Origin: Mobula hypostoma
Lineage: Eukaryota
Length of the DNA stretch: 64,000 nucleotides
Direction: 5' to 3'
Assembly: GCF_963921235.1 (NCBI RefSeq)
Contig: NC_086108.1
Coordinates: 48,052,001-48,116,000 of the forward strand
Positions within the stretch are counted from its first letter, which is position 1. The number at the start of each line of letters is the position of its first letter. Shown here in pieces: positions 21,708 to 36,320 of the stretch. The notes under the pieces were generated by a model that saw nothing but the letters and a program-made list of their open reading frames with translations, was not told the DNA's origin and did no database searches. The position numbers and the translations under genes were made by a program.

Positions 21708-21944
21708 CCAATTGTCGGAGAATTCAGTTTAATTCAAAGTATTGTAAGAATTGATGCCTTAATGGTTAATTAAAGTATAGCTGACCATAGAGAAAAAAAA
21801 CTCAGAGGTAATGGAGCGAGTCAAGAACGCGACTTCACTCCATGAGCGCTACCGGAAGTCTCCTCTTCCCACTCTCTCCAAATCCAGCATGTAGCCATGG
21901 CCACCCACATGGGTCGCAACTATGCCTGTTTTTTTTTTTGGCTA

Positions 21945-22253
21945 TACTTTATATACTTTATACTTTATTGTCGCCAAACAATTGATACTAGAACGTACAA
22001 TCATCACAGCAATATTTGATTCTGTGCTTCCCACTTCCTGGATTACAAATATTAAATATTAAAAATAGTAAGAATTAGTAAGTATTAAAAATTTAAATTA
22101 TAAATCATAAATAGAAAATAGAAAAATGGAAAGTAAGGTAGTGCAAAAAAAAACCAAGAGGCAGGTCCGGATATTTGGAGGGTACGGCCCAGATCCGGGT
22201 CAGGATCCGTTCCGCAGTCTTATCACAGTTGGAAAGAAGCTGTTCCCAAATCT
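21945..22253 (-). mobile_element. Rex1/Babar-type LINE 3' fragment with (AAAGTAT)n tail
   Basis: Reverse complement of ~46545-46828; interrupts the Penelope RT remnant. Confidence 0.8.
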
Positions 22254-25200
22254 ATGTGGAATTATCCATGTTTCAAGCCTGCACTGGTAACACTCCTCAA
22301 CTCTTTCTGCACTGCACTGATGCTACTTCCTGTGCTGAGCTCGTCAATCTCATCAACTCTGCCTCCAACATCTACCCTGTCTTCAAAGTTCCCTGGTCCA
22401 TCACTAACACCTCTCTACCCTTTCTCCATCTGCCTCCATCTCTGGTGACAGACTGTCTACTGATAACTGGGAGTATCAGTAGATTTCTAAAAGTTATCTT
22501 TACTGTACCTTTATCCACCCTGTCAGTTGTAAAAATGCTTTTTCCCTTCCCTCAGTTCCCTGGTCTGTCACATTGGTTCTCAGGATGAAGCTTTCCATTC
22601 AAGAACATCTGGCATGTCCCCTCTTTTCAGGGCCAAAAACTGCCCTCCTCAGTGAGGTGAGACTTCATCAGCAAGCCTGACGGGGTCATCTATTATATCT
22701 GCTGCTCCCGGTGCAGCCTCCTTTGAGTTAGTGAAACCTGATGTAGATTGCTTAAGGGGTGGGATCAACTTTGAGCATCATCATTCCATCTGCCACCAAA
22801 GGCAAGATTTCCTGGTGGTCACCCATTTCAATTTGACTTACCGTTCTGATATGTTGGTCCATGGGTGCCTCTATTGCCACGATGAGACCACATTCAGGTT
22901 GGAGGAGCAACACCTCATTCCATCTGGGTAGCCTTCCACCTGATGGCATGAACATTGATTTCTCTAACTTTTGTCCCCCTTTTCTCTTTTTCCATTCCCC
23001 ATTCTGGCTCCCCTCTCATCCCTTCTCTTCTCACCTGCCCCTTATCTCCCTCTGGTTCCCCTCCTCCTTCCCTTTCTTCTTGGTCCACTGTCCTTTCCTA
23101 TTAGGTTTCTTCTTTAGGACTTTATCTCTTGCACCTGTTACCTCACAGCTTCACTCATTCCCCCCCCCCCACCTTCCCCTTCACCTGGCTCGACCTATCA
23201 CCTTTTGAACTTGTACCACTTCCCCTCCTCTCACCTTGTTCTGGCTTCTCCCCACTTCCTGTCCAGTCCTGATGACGGGTCTGAGCCCGAAATGTTGACT
23301 GCTTATTCTCCTCCATAGATGCTGCATGACTTGCTGAGTTCTCCAGCATGTTGTATGCGTTCCTCAAGATTTCCAGCATCTGCAGAATGACTTGTGTTTA
23401 AACATTAATATGTTTGTCTCTGACCTACTTATTTTAACATTGTTTTCATTTCAGATCTATACCATTTGTTATTTTGCTTTTGTAAATGGCTGTTAAGTCG
23501 TTACGTTAAATCCTTAAGCTTTGTAGTTTAATGCCTGAAATACAATTCAAGCTGTAAACTTTATCTTCACTTCAAAGTAAGAAGTTCATTGCACATACAG
23601 GCCTGGATGATTTTCTTTGTTACAGATTTTGTTTTTCATTAAATTGTATTCAATTTTCTTTAAGACAATAATGAGCCTTGTATTGGAACTCCAAGTTTAT
23701 ATTTTTCCATATGCTATCACAGTTTCCACAAATGAGTTTTAATTTTATTAAAATATAATTGCTGCCAATTTGTGAAGAGAGGAAAAAAGCGGAGTGTGAT
23801 TTTGTGTGGATTTTCCACAAAATCTTGTGTTTTACTGACGAACTGAGATCAATAATAGCATCAAGTAAGGTTTGCCAATTCTGGTTGGATCACCCTTCCT
23901 TTAAAAAGATAGGGTAGCAAAAGAGGGATTATACCTGCTGTTGATTATCTTCATCAATTTGGAATAGCACCTATTGTGCAAGGAGTTGTGAAATCCTAAG
24001 AGATCTAGGTGGCTGATAGCAAGTGAGTGAGGAGGAAGGAGACTAGGTGGCAGCGGAAGACTTTCCATAGAGAAACCAGAGCCACTACTGAGGTTTCTGA
24101 ACTGTTCACTGTGATCTGATCCGAAGCGTCTGACCTTCCAGTCAACATGACATCTGTGTACACTGCTCCTTTGGTCAACATCTTCTGGATAGATCATGAA
24201 ACCATACATTTCATTTCTTTTACGTTTGTTTTTAATATTGAATGTGATTCTGGAAGTGTTGGAATCTGCAGTTTGGAGATTGTTTGGGTGTTTCAGCACT
24301 CTGCGGCCTCTGAGGGGATTCTGGGAGGCAGAGGCAGTGTGTGTCCATTGTTTGCTGATTAAAGTGATGAGGGAGATTGAAACACTGGCTGCCTGCCTTT
24401 TTGTTGCTGGTGAGACCACTCTGCTGCTGGAGGGGGGAGATTTCCCTTTCATCACTAGTGAAATTGCTCTGCAATGGAGAAGGGAGAACGTTGCCCAGGT
24501 TTTCTGCAGTTTTGATGTGGACTTGGACTGTGGATTTCTTTTCAGTCTTATGGGTTTTTTTTGTGTTTTGTATTTTTCACTTAAGCTTTCTTGTCTCTTT
24601 TGTTGCGTTGGAGGAGGATTTGGGGGTGGTCAATAATGCTTGTTCTGATTTTGTTTGTTTTTTTTGTGTGGGGAGCAGGGATTTGGGGGTTGATTGTGTT
24701 GCCTTTCTTTTCTTTCATGGCTACCTGGAGAAGAAAAATTTCAGAGTTGTATACTTTGATAACAAATGAACCTTTGAACATTTGAAAGTTTTTTTTTGTA
24801 AATAAATTTGTAGAAATGACAGCCGGGTTGGAGGGCAGAGGGGGAAGCCATTAGATACACCAGTGCAGTGATCCCCCCCATCTCATTTTCTGCCTCTCAC
24901 TTTACCACTTACATTTGTCTTATTCAAATGCTTAGCCAAATCAATGGTTGTGCCTAAACATCCTATTTTAAACTTGAGGACATTGTATAGAAACACAGAG
25001 GTACAACATGTAAACAGGCCATTTCAGGCCAGAGTTCCATGCTGACTACATTTTTTTTACATTAATCACACCCTACTCCATGTTGACCTCCCCATACTCC
25101 CAATGACTACCATGCCACCCTGAATCTTACCAGTCACCTGTACAATAGGAACACTTTAGAGCAGCCAAATAATCTACTAATTTGGCTGTGAGGGGAAAAC

Positions 25201-27869
25201 TCCACACAGCAACAAAGACTGGGATGATCATAAAACAGAGCAAAATTATGCTGTTCAGTCAATGGAGTCTGCTCTGCCATTCCATCATGGCCGATTATTA
25301 TCCCTCTCAACCCCATTCTCCTGCCTTCTCCCTGTAACCTTTGATACCCAGACTAATGAAGAGCCTATGAATCTCTGCTTTAAACATACCCATTGACTTG
25401 GCCTCCACAGCCATCTGTGGCAATGAATTCCATAGATTCACCACTCTCTGGCTAAAGAAATTCCTTCTCATCTCTTTTCTAAAGAGACATCCTTCTATTT
25501 TGAGGCTGTGCCCTGTGCTCATAGACTGTCCCATTATTTGAAATATCTGCTCAATGTCCATTTTATCTAGCCTTTCAATATTTGGTAGTTTTCAATGAAA
25601 TTGAATCCAGGCAACTGGAAATTTGAAGCAGCACTGTGATGCAAAGAACATCCTACCTGTATTATTTTCAAATTGGGATGGAGAAACTCTAGGGAAGATG
25701 GAGGGAGGAAGAAAGGAGTTACAATCGCCATGGAAGTCATCAAGCAAGTTGATGAATGAAATATGGGTCATGATGAACTTCGTACTAGGGTCTTAAAAGC
25801 AAGTATCCTCTTAGTGTATACTCATTTATTTGAAAATTGCCTAGGCTTTGCAAGGCTTCATTAGATTGGAAACATGAAAAGGAATTCCTTTTATTCAGAA
25901 AAGGAAATGGTGTAGGAAACCTCAGGACTATTAACTTTACAGCTGATGCAGGAGTGAGGCACTTGGGTGGTATGTTGCCTCTCAGGTGCCAGGGTCAGAG
26001 ACATCCCTAATGCACCAGTATCAATGACATAGGAAGGAAGGGTGGCGAGGTGTTAAGTTAAAGGACAGGACCTCTGGAGTTGCCTTCTCAGGATTGCTAC
26101 ATGGCCCACATGCAGGTGAGGCCAGAAATGAGGAAGATCATGCAGTTCAACCTATTGATAAGAAGACAGTTCAGAAGGGAAGGCTTCAGATTTTTGGATC
26201 ATTGGGTGCTCTTCCAGGGAAGGTTGGGTTTGTCCAAATGGGATGTTTTACCTGAAATGGAGGAGAAACTAATATTCTTGTGGGAAGGTTTGCTGGTGCT
26301 GTTCTGGGGGGTTTAAACTAGAGTTGTCAGGGTTGAGAACCAGAGCACCAGGGCAGACACTGGAATGGCTGTGGGGAAAGTATACATGAGTCTGACAAAT
26401 AAAGAGAGGAGCTGAAAGGCCAAGCATGGTGGAACTAATATTTTGAGTTGCATGAGTTTTGGTGCAAGTAATGCCATAGATAAGACAGGTGAATTTACAG
26501 CATGGATATGCATCAATGTTGGAGCCATTAGTGTGACTCAGTTGTGGGAGGAAAGAACTGGCATGTAATTGATGCCACAGTTTCTTAGATATGATTGAGG
26601 GAGCGGTATTATTGTGGGAGGAATGGAACTTATGGCAGTGGCCAGAGAGATACTGGAGAGCCTGTCTACAGAGAAAATATGGGTGGAAATGAGGAATAAG
26701 AAAAAGACGACTATGCTCCCATAGCTTTACATGACCCTGATTGTGGGGGGCTGGTGCTAAGCAGGTACTACACCTTGTCCAAGGGTGACCTGCAGGTTAG
26801 CGAAGGGAAGGAATGTCTTACACCTCCTTTGGTGGAGATGTATCTCCACTCCAACACCCAGTATTATTATTACAGGGAGGCAATGAATGATGTCGCCAAG
26901 GCCTGAGGACCTTGGTTGCAGGAAAAGGTTGAATAGTTTAGGGCTTTAAGATCTTTTCCCTCTCCTATAGAGTTATCCAAAATTATGCGGAGTATAGACA
27001 GAGTAAATACATGCAGGCTTTTCCCCTGAGGTCGAATAAGAAGAGAACCAGAGGCCACAGGCTCAGAGTGAAAGCTGAAATATTGAAGGAGAACTGGAGG
27101 TCAAGCTTCTTCATTTAGAAGGCTTTACGAGTGTGAAACAAGTTGCCAGAAGAAGTGGTGGATGCGGGTTCAATTGCAATATTTAAGAGGTTTGTTCAGG
27201 TGCATGGGCGAGAGGGGGAAGGAGGGATTTGGTCCAGGTGTGGGTAGTTGGGGTTAGGCAGATTTAAGGTCGGCATGGACTGTGGGGGGGTCTGTTTTCT
27301 GTACTGTAGTACTCTTATTACTCTAACTCTGTGACCTCTCTTTGCTAAAGGATCTCTAACTTCCTGATCAACCGGCCATAATCCACAAGTATTGGCAGCT
27401 GTACCTGGGCCATGATTATGCTCAACACCGGTGACCCACAAAGCTGTACCCTCAGCCTCCTAGTCTACACTCACAACTATGGCCAGATTCTGTGCCAACT
27501 CCATCTGTGAATTTGCAGATGATACCACTGGTGATGGGGTGGGGGGAATGGCAGAGCAGGTCTCAAATAATGATCAGTCAAGGTACAGAAAGGATATCCC
27601 TTCCCTGAATGTCAGAAAAACAAAAGAGCTGATCCTTCAGGAAGGGTGATGGTTTATACACTCATTTGTATCAATGGCCCCAAGGTCAAGAGGATTGATA
27701 GATTCAAGTTTCTAGGTGTTAATATCACGAGTAGCTTGTCCTGGTCTCACCACATTGACACTATGGCCAAGAAAACTCATCGGCTCCCCTACGTTCTCAG
27801 GAAGCTGAAGAAATTTGTCATATCCCCTTTGACCTTCCCTAATTTTTATAGGTGTATCACTAACTATAA

Positions 27870-30800
27870 GACATAAATAGAATCAGGTCATTTGGCTCAT
27901 TGCATCTGCTTTGCCATTCAATCATGGCTGATTTATTTTCTCTTTCAAACCCTTCCCCTGTCTTCTCCACATAGTCTTTAACACTAAGATAGGAGCAGAA
28001 TTAGACCATTTGATCTATTAAGTCTGCTCTATCATTCCATCATGGCTGATTCATTATTTCCCCTCAACCTCATTCTCCTGCCTTCTCCTGGGATGGCAGG
28101 ACTTTCATATGAAGAAAGACTGGATCGACTAGGCTTATACTCGTTGGAATTTAGAAGATTGAGGGGGGATCTTATTGAAACATATAAAATCCTAAAGGGA
28201 TTGGACAGGCTAGATACAGGAAGATTGTTCCCGATGTTGGGGAAGTCCAGAATGAGGGGTCACAGTTTGAGGATAAAGGGGAAGCCTTTTAGGACCGAGA
28301 TTAGGAAAAACTTCTTCACACAGAGAGTGGTGAATCTGTGGAATTCTCTGCCACAGGAAACAGTTGAGACCAGTTCATTGGCTATGTTTAAGAGGGAGTT
28401 AGATATGGCCCTTGTGGCTAAAGGGATCAGGGGGTATGGAGGGAAGGCTGGTACAGGGTTCTGAGTTGGATGATCAGCCATGATCATACTGAATGGCGGT
28501 GTAGGCTCGAAGGGCCGAATGGCCTACTCATGCACCTATTTTCTATGTTTCTATGTTTCTCCCCGTAACCTTTGACAATAACCTATCAAACGCCAACTTA
28601 ACTCCACAGATTCACCACCATCTGGCTAAAGAAATTTATCTTAATTCTAAATGGAAATTTCTCAATTCTGAGGCTACGCCCTCTGGTCCTAGACTCCCCC
28701 ACTATAGGACATATCCTGTCCACATTAGCTTCTTTTATTCTATTAGGTCTTTAAATATTCAGTAGGTTTCAATGAGCTCCCCCGACCCATTCATCTAAAC
28801 TCAAGCGAGTACAGGCCCAGAGCCATCAAATGTTTCTCATATGTTAACCCTTTCATTCCTGGGGTCATTCTCGTGAACCTCCTGGACCCACTCCAATGCC
28901 AGCACATCATTTAGATAAGGAGCACAAAACTGCACCAAATGTGGCCTGAACAATGCCTTAAAAAGCCTCAGCATCACATCCTTGCTTTTGTGTTCTAGTC
29001 CTCTTGAAATAAATGACAACATTGCATTTGCTTTCCTTCCTTGACCTGCAAGTTGACCTCTAGGGAATCCTGTACAAGGACTCTCAAGTCACTATGTACC
29101 TCTGTTGTTTTCTTTTGAATTTTCCTCCCCTTTAGAAAATAGTCTCTGCATTTATTTCTTCTACATACACTTCCCAACACTATATTTCATCTGCCACTTT
29201 TTTTTGCCCATTCCCGCAATCTAAGTCCTTCTGCAGATACCCTGCTTCCTCAATGTTACCTGCTGCTCCAACTATTTTTGTGTTGTCTGCGAAACTGGTC
29301 ACAAAGCCATCAATTCTGTTATCCAAATCATTGACATATAATGGGAAAAGGGATCCATAAGATCATTAGACATAGGAGCAGAATTAGGCCCATTGAGCCG
29401 GTTCCACCATTTCATCATGGTTGATCCCAGATATCAATCAACCTCATACACCTGCCTTCTCACCATATCCCTTGAAGCCCTGATCAATTGGGAATCTATC
29501 AACTTTTGCTTTGAATATACCCACTGACTTGGCCTCCACCCTTGCCAAAAAAATTCCTCCTTATTTCTGTTCTAAAAGGTCACCCCTCAATTTTGAGGCT
29601 GTGCCCTTTAGTTCTGGATACCTCCACTCTAGGAAACATCCTCTCCACATCCACCTTATCTAGTCCTTTCAACATTCAGTTGGTTTCAATGAAAACCCCA
29701 TGCATTCTTCTAAATTTCAGTGAGTACAGGCTCAAAGCTGCCAAATGCTCCTCGTATGTTAACACCTTCATTCCCAGAGTGAGATAAAGGGCTCAAAACT
29801 GTTGACAAGTTCTCCAAGTGAGGCCTGACTAGTGTCTTAGAAAGCTTCAGCATTATCTCCTTGTTTTTATATTCTATTCCCCTTGAAATAAATGCCAACA
29901 TTGCATTTGACTTCTTTACCACAGACTCTACCTGTAAATCAACCTTCTGGGAATCTTGCACGGGGACTGCTACATCCCTTTGCACCTCTGTTGGAATTTT
30001 CTCCCCAGTGTTAGCATCCCAACACTGACCCTGCAGAACACCACGAGTCACTGGAAGCCAACCAGAAAAGGCCCCCTTTATTCCTAGTTTTTGCCTCCTG
30101 TCAGTCAGTCTTCAATCCATGCTAGTAACTTCCTTGTAATACCATGGGCACTTGTGAAGTAGCCTCATGTGCAACACCTTGTCAAAAGCCTTTGGAAAAT
30201 CCAAATAAACAAGATTTACTGTCTCTCCTTTGTCTATCCTGCCTGTTATCTTCTCAAAGAATTTCTGTTCTTCTGTCTCCCTCCCTTCCTAAAGCATGGA
30301 ATGAGATTTGTAATTTTCTAGTCCTCCAGAACCATTTCTGAAACTAGTGATTCTTGAAAGATTATTACTCCTGCCTCCACAATCTCTTCAGCTACCCCTT
30401 GGGTGTAGTCAATCAGATCAAGGTGAGCTATCTACCTTCAAACTTTTCATCTTCTCAAGCACATTCTCCTTAATAATAACACCAACTTTTGCTCTTTGAC
30501 ACTCTGGCTTTTTGCTAGTGTCTTCCACTGTGAAGACTGATGCAAGATGCTTAATAAGTTTGTCTGACTTTTCTTTGTCCAACGGCCTCTCTAGCATAAT
30601 TTTTCAGCAGTCCAATATTCTCTCTAGTCTCTAACTATTTATATATCTGAAAGTCTTTTTGTATCCTCTTTTAGATTATTGGCTAACTTCCATTCATGTT
30701 TCATCTTTTCCCTTTATGGCTTTTTTTTACTTGCCTTTTGTTGGTTTTTAAAAGCTTCCCAATCCTCTACCTTCCCTATAATTTTTGTATTATTATATGC

Positions 30801-32400
30801 CCTCTCTTTAGCTTTTGTGCATTCTTTAACTTCCCTTGTCAACCACTTTGTCTCATCCTCCCTTTAGAATACTTCTTCGTCTTTGGGATGTATCTTTCCC
30901 GTGCTTCCAAATTTCCCCAGAAACACCATCAATTGCTGTTCTGCCATTGTACCTGCTAGTGTTCCCTTCCAGTCAACTTTGACTTTCTCCATTCTCATGT
31001 CTCTAATTCCCTTTACTCCACTGTAATACTGGTATATCCCTCTCAATCTGCAGGGTGAATTCTATCATATGAATACTATCTTCTAAGGATTCTTTTACCT
31101 TAAGCTCCCTGATCAAGACTGGGTCATTACATAACACATCATCCAGATTTGCTATTTTCCCCAACAACAAGCTGCTCTGAAATGCTTCCATCAAATTTCC
31201 TCTCTTGAGATCCCACTCCAACCTGATTTTTCCCGGTCTACCAGCATCTTGAAATCCCCCATGACTATTGTAACGTTGTTCTTTTTACATGACTTTTCAA
31301 TCTTTTGCTGTAATTTGTAGCCCACATCTTGGGTACTGTTTGGATGCATGCATATAACTCACATCAGGGTCTTTTTTCCCTTGTAGTTTCTTAACTCTAC
31401 CCATAAGGAGTCTTCATCTTCGAATCCTATGTCACCTCTCAAGGATTTGATTTCATTTTTTGCCAACAGCGCCATGCCATCCACTCTACACAGCTGCCTG
31501 TCCTTTCAATACAATGTGTATATTTAGATGTTAAGCTCCCAACTATGATCTTCTTTCAACCACAACTCGGATGCCCACAACATCATATCTGCAATCTCTA
31601 ATTGCACTACAAAATCATCTACATTATTCCATACACTGCATGCTTTCAAATATAACACCAACAGTCCTGTATTTACCACCCTTTTTGATTTTGGCATCTT
31701 GTTACATTTCAACTTATCCCACTCTCTGCAATTTTGTCCTATCATCTGCCTGCCCTTCCTCAGTCTCTCTCCTAGTTGTATACAAACTGCTCCAGCTCTG
31801 TCACTGCTTCCCATATCCCTGCTAAATTAGTTTAAACCCTCCTTAACAGCTCTAACAAACTTGACCACCAGGATATTGGTCTCCCCTCGGGTTTAAGTGT
31901 AGCCTGCCTTTATGTTCTGGTTATACCTTCATATTCACAGAATTTGTTTTCTGGTCCTCTAATTATGGAATCCCCTACTCTTCCCTCTGAGACACAGAAT
32001 GAGACTCAATGCCAGAGTCCTGATCACTGTGGCTCTCCCTGGTAGGTCGTTCCTCCCACCAATCTTGTCATTGGAGGGAACACAGAGGTGCTGCCTATTC
32101 CTTTTCCTTTCCTGACAATAACCCAGGTAGCTACCTCCTGCAACTTCTCTTTAGCTCCTGTCTATCACCTCCTCATTTCCCTGTGTGAGTCAAAGGTCAT
32201 CCAGCTTCAGCTTTAATTCCTTAATATGGTCTCTAAGGAGCTGCGGCTTGATGCACTTCATGCAGATGTAGTTATCAGGTAGACCGGAGGTCTCCCGAAG
32301 TTCCCACATCTCACACAAGGAACGTGCTACTAACTGTGGACCCATTCTCAGCGGACTAGTTAAGTACTAACAGAGGGAAAAAAAAATTTACTAGAATCTT
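27870..32400 (-). mobile_element. Cluster of degenerate, nested CR1 copies
   Basis: Short ORFs carry MLAFISRGIEYK, TLVRPHLE, VKESLEDS.HMIEF and WLKEDHSWELNI. Several 3' ends are present. Boundaries approximate. Confidence 0.75.
28089..28556 (+). mobile_element. Young CR1 3' fragment nested in an older, oppositely oriented CR1 3' end
   Basis: GLSYEERLDRLGLYSLEFRRLRGDLIETYKI..FFTQRVVNLWNSLP and a (TTTCTATG)n tail. ttctcc is present on both sides (28083-28088 and 28557-28562). Confidence 0.85.
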
Positions 32401-34979
32401 GCTTACAGCCTCCAATCATTGCTTGCTCAAACTTAAGTCAAAGCTGGAACTCAAGGTTAATACACTTAATCATGGTATTAATATACTTTGTTTAAGGAAC
32501 TCTGCATTTTCTTAATTTTCTTTTGACTTTATTGCTGTAGCAATAACACAGTGGGCTAGGCCATTTGGCCCATCAAGATTTGTCCTATATCAATAAAATT
32601 GCAACTGATTTTGTGTTTAATGACTCCTAATAAAAAAAATATATGTGCTATTTGTAATATACTGTAACCCCCCTCATTATTGGACAACATTTTTAGGCCT
32701 TAGATATGAAACTTCTACTCTTTGAATGCTACAAACTTTCATGTAATTGTTCCTTTTGCTCTTGCTGTGCATCTCTGGTTTGAAGGCCTATCATGTATCT
32801 TCACTGTCCAGAGTGGAAAGAACCCATTATCTACTTTATGCATGGACTTTACCACATCAATAAGGATTTTGTTTGTTGATAACCAAGCTGTCAACTTTAT
32901 GTTGACAGGAGGTTGTAGGGAAGGTTTGGTATGTTCATGTTATTTTTCAGAATGTTGTGGTGCTGTTGTACTTAGCAACAACTTCTGTTCCAAAGAAAAC
33001 CACTGTCTCTGATGACCAAAACAAAGCAGGGGAATTCCAGGGTCTGTTTACATAAATAGTTTACCAATCTGCTAACACCCACAGATATCAGCACAACTCT
33101 AAGTTAAATGAATTGCAAACACTAAAAGGTTCATCTCCCCTTGAACCTTCAGGAATTTCAAAACAAATTGTTTGGATATCACTGCAAGAAACTTTGGAGA
33201 AAATTTTTTAAAAATATTACAAAGTGGAAAAACCACTAGCTCGCTCTCTGGAGACAAGATGTCATAATACATTCCTAAAGGTTTTGACTTAACTGTCATT
33301 GGTGAATTTGTTGGTCTTTTGACCATCCTATATTATGTACTGTAGATCACTTGTAGCATTTTTTCCAATATTAACAATAATATACAACAGAAATAGACCA
33401 CTCATCTCCAAAAAATCAGCATGGCCTTTCAGTAAGATCACCTCTTTCAGAACTCTGGTGTGTAGACCACCTGGTCTAAATGACTTATCTACATTTTCAT
33501 CTTCCTAAGTACCTTATCCTTAGTAATAGTGACTACACTCACTTCTGCCCCCTAACACCATTGAACTGCTGGTATCTTCCACTGTGCTGACTGATGCAAA
33601 ATACTCATTGAGTTCATCTGCCATTTCTTTATCCCCCATTACTACCTCTCCCACATCATTTTCTTGCAGTCTGATACCCACTCTTGCCTCTCTTTTACTC
33701 TTTACTTAAAAAAAGCTTGTGTAGCCTCTTTTATATTGTTGGCTACCTTGCCTTAATATTTCATCTTTTCTCTGGTTGTTGCTTTTTTTTTGATGTATTC
33801 TGTTGGTTTTTAAAAGCTTCCCATCCTCTGGCTTCCCACTTATTTTTGCTATATTGTGTACCCTTTTATGCTGTCTTTGACTTCCCTGTCAGCTACAGTT
33901 GCTTAATTTTTCATTTAGAATATGTCTTGGGGATGAACCAATCCTACATCTTCTGAACTCCTCCCAGAAACTCCAGCCATTGCTGCTCTGCTGTCATTCC
34001 TGCTAGTGTTTCCATCCAATCAACTTTAGCTGGCTCCTCTCGTGCTTCTGTAGCTCCCTGTACTTCACTATATCACTGATACACCTCAACATTCCCATTC
34101 ATCTGAAGCAACAATCACCTACATGCTTATTAATAAAATGTCTCCTTCCTTTAAGACTATTCAAAGATTTTGCTTCTACTGCTCTTAAAGAGCAAAGGCA
34201 CACTCTGAAAGATTTTTATCTTTTAGGCAATGATCCGTGTTGGGGGTGGTTGGGGGGTGGGGTGGAAGAAATATTCTCACCACATCTACCCTGTCAAGGC
34301 AGTTTTATGCTTCAGTCAAGTCTTCTCACTCCTGAATGAAAAGAGCTCCTCGGCTGATTTTAATGTTGAGTTCAGGTCTCAGTTTGGGACGAGCTTGCTT
34401 GAAATTATGGTATTGAAGGTAGGTGTGTAGTCAATATAAAGTAGTCTGACATGGGTTTCTTTTATTATCCAGATGCTCCAGAGATGGGTGTCGGGCCAAG
34501 GGGATAACATCTGCTGTAGACCACTTTTGGCAATAGGCAAACTGCAGTGGGTGGAAGATTGCCTGGGAAGCTAGAGTTGATATGTGCTATGACCAACAGT
34601 CAAAGCATTTCATGATGGTGGATGTCTGAGCCACTGGGTAGTAGTCATTAAGGCATGTTAACTATTATCTTTAGTTCTAGGATGTTTATGGTCTTAAAGC
34701 AGGTGGAAACTTCAGAATGAAACAAGGAGACATTAACAGAATCTGCAAATACCCCTGTCAGCTGATCGGCACAGAATATAAAGACACAGTTGGGAAGCCC
34801 ATTTGAGAAAGATGCTTTCCAAAGTTCACTCTCCTTTAGACTAATCTGACATTGGTAATAGCGATTAGGTACAGGTCTGTTGGAGGATGCCAGGCCCTTG
34901 TTGACATTCCAATCTTGTTCAGTTTGAAACGTGTAGAATGGATTAAGCTCATTGGGAAAGGATATGCTGTTCTAGCAGG

Positions 34980-36320
34980 CTACAAACCTGACTACAGCTT
35001 GGCATTCAATGGCATCATCCCCTCAAAACTAATCAACAAGCTTCAAGACCTTGGCCTCAGTACCTCCTTGTGCAAATGGATCCTTGATTTTTGCTCGCGT
35101 GCAAACCCCAGTCATTTGGGGTTGGCACAGGTGCACCATAAGGCTGGGTGCTTAGCCCCCTGCTCCACTCACTTTACACTTACAACTGTGTGGCCAGGCA
35201 CAGCACCAATGCCATATTCAAGTTTGCTGATGACACCACTGTGCAGGCTAAGTCAAAGGTGGTGATGAATCAGCATATTGAAGGGAGATTGAAATCTGTC
35301 TGAGTGGTACCACAACAACAACTTCTTGCACAATGTGAGCAAGAGCATTGACTTCAGGAGAAGGAAACTAGAGGTTCATGAGTCAGTCCTCATTGGAGAG
35401 TCAGAGGTGGAGAGGGTCAGCAACTTTATATTCTTCAGTGTTATTATTTTCGGAGGACCTGCCCAGGGCCAGCACATAAGTGCAATTGCGAAGAAAGCAC
35501 AGCAGCACCTCTACTTCCTTAGAAGTTTGCAAAGATTCAGCATGTCATCCAAAACTGACAAACTTCTATAGATGTGTGGTGGAGAGCATATTGACTGGCA
35601 GCATCGCACGAAAACACCAATGCCTTTGAATGGAAAATCCTACAAAAAGTAATAGATGCAGCCCGGTGCATCATGAGTAAGGCACTCCCCACCATTGAGC
35701 ACATCTATATTGAGTAACTCTCTTCTCAAACAAGAGAAAATCTGCAGATGCTGGAAATCCAGGCAACACACACAAAATGCTGGAGGAACTCAGCAGGCCA
35801 GGCAGCATCTGTGGGAAAAAAGTACAGTTGATGTTTTGGCCCAAAACATCGACTATTACTTTTTTCCTTAGATGCTGCCTGGCCTGCCGAGTTCCTCCAT
35901 CATTTTGCGTATACTCTATTCTCGCTGTAATCATCAGGAAGTACAGCAGAAGTCTCAGGACTCTCACCACCAGGTTCAGGAATAGTTTTTACTCCCGAAC
36001 TATCCAGCTCTTGAATCAAAGAGGATACGTTCACTCAACTTCACTTGCCCCTTTATTGAAATGCTCCCACAACCTGTGGAGTCACTTGTAAGTACTCTTC
36101 TTCTCATGTTTTAGAAAATTATTATTGTTGTTTCTTTTTTTTTGTATTTGCAGAGTGTGTTGTCTTTTACACACTGGCTGAAAGCCCAAGTTGCTGCAGC
36201 CTTTCAGTGATTCTGTTATGATTATTATTCTGTTATGGATTTATTAAGTATGCCTGCAAGAAAATGAATGCCGGGGTCGTATATGGTGGCATATGTACTT
36301 TGAAAATAAGCTTACTTTGA
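34980..36320 (+). mobile_element. Old Rex1/Babar-type LINE fragment containing a small Penelope-derived palindrome
   Basis: [23 protein letters not shown] and AKKAQQHLYFLR remnants. Confidence 0.65.

Larger units (their letters stand above)
15953..21862 (-). mobile_element. Full-length L1-clade LINE (5.9 kb), 17-bp TSD
   Basis: TSD ctcttcccactctctcc at 15936-15952 and 21863-21879. 5' end GAGACTTCCGGT, two intact ORFs, and 3' AATAAAAAGATTTAAAAAGAAAA. Confidence 0.96.
15160..23400 (+). mobile_element. Older degenerate Penelope-like element split by the L1 (15953-21862) and a Rex1 fragment; short inverted 5' segment at ~15160-15375
   Basis: RT remnants (VDIQSLYTS; ..VAMATHMG..) are continuous across the L1 TSD. 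GIY-YIG remnant at ~22680-22970 and terminal repeat to ~23400. Outer boundaries are approximate. Confidence 0.8.

Noticed and set aside
23901..24785. Overlapping 130-184-aa ORFs
   Set aside because: Low-complexity, with no recognisable domain or splice structure; they overlap a probable repeat.
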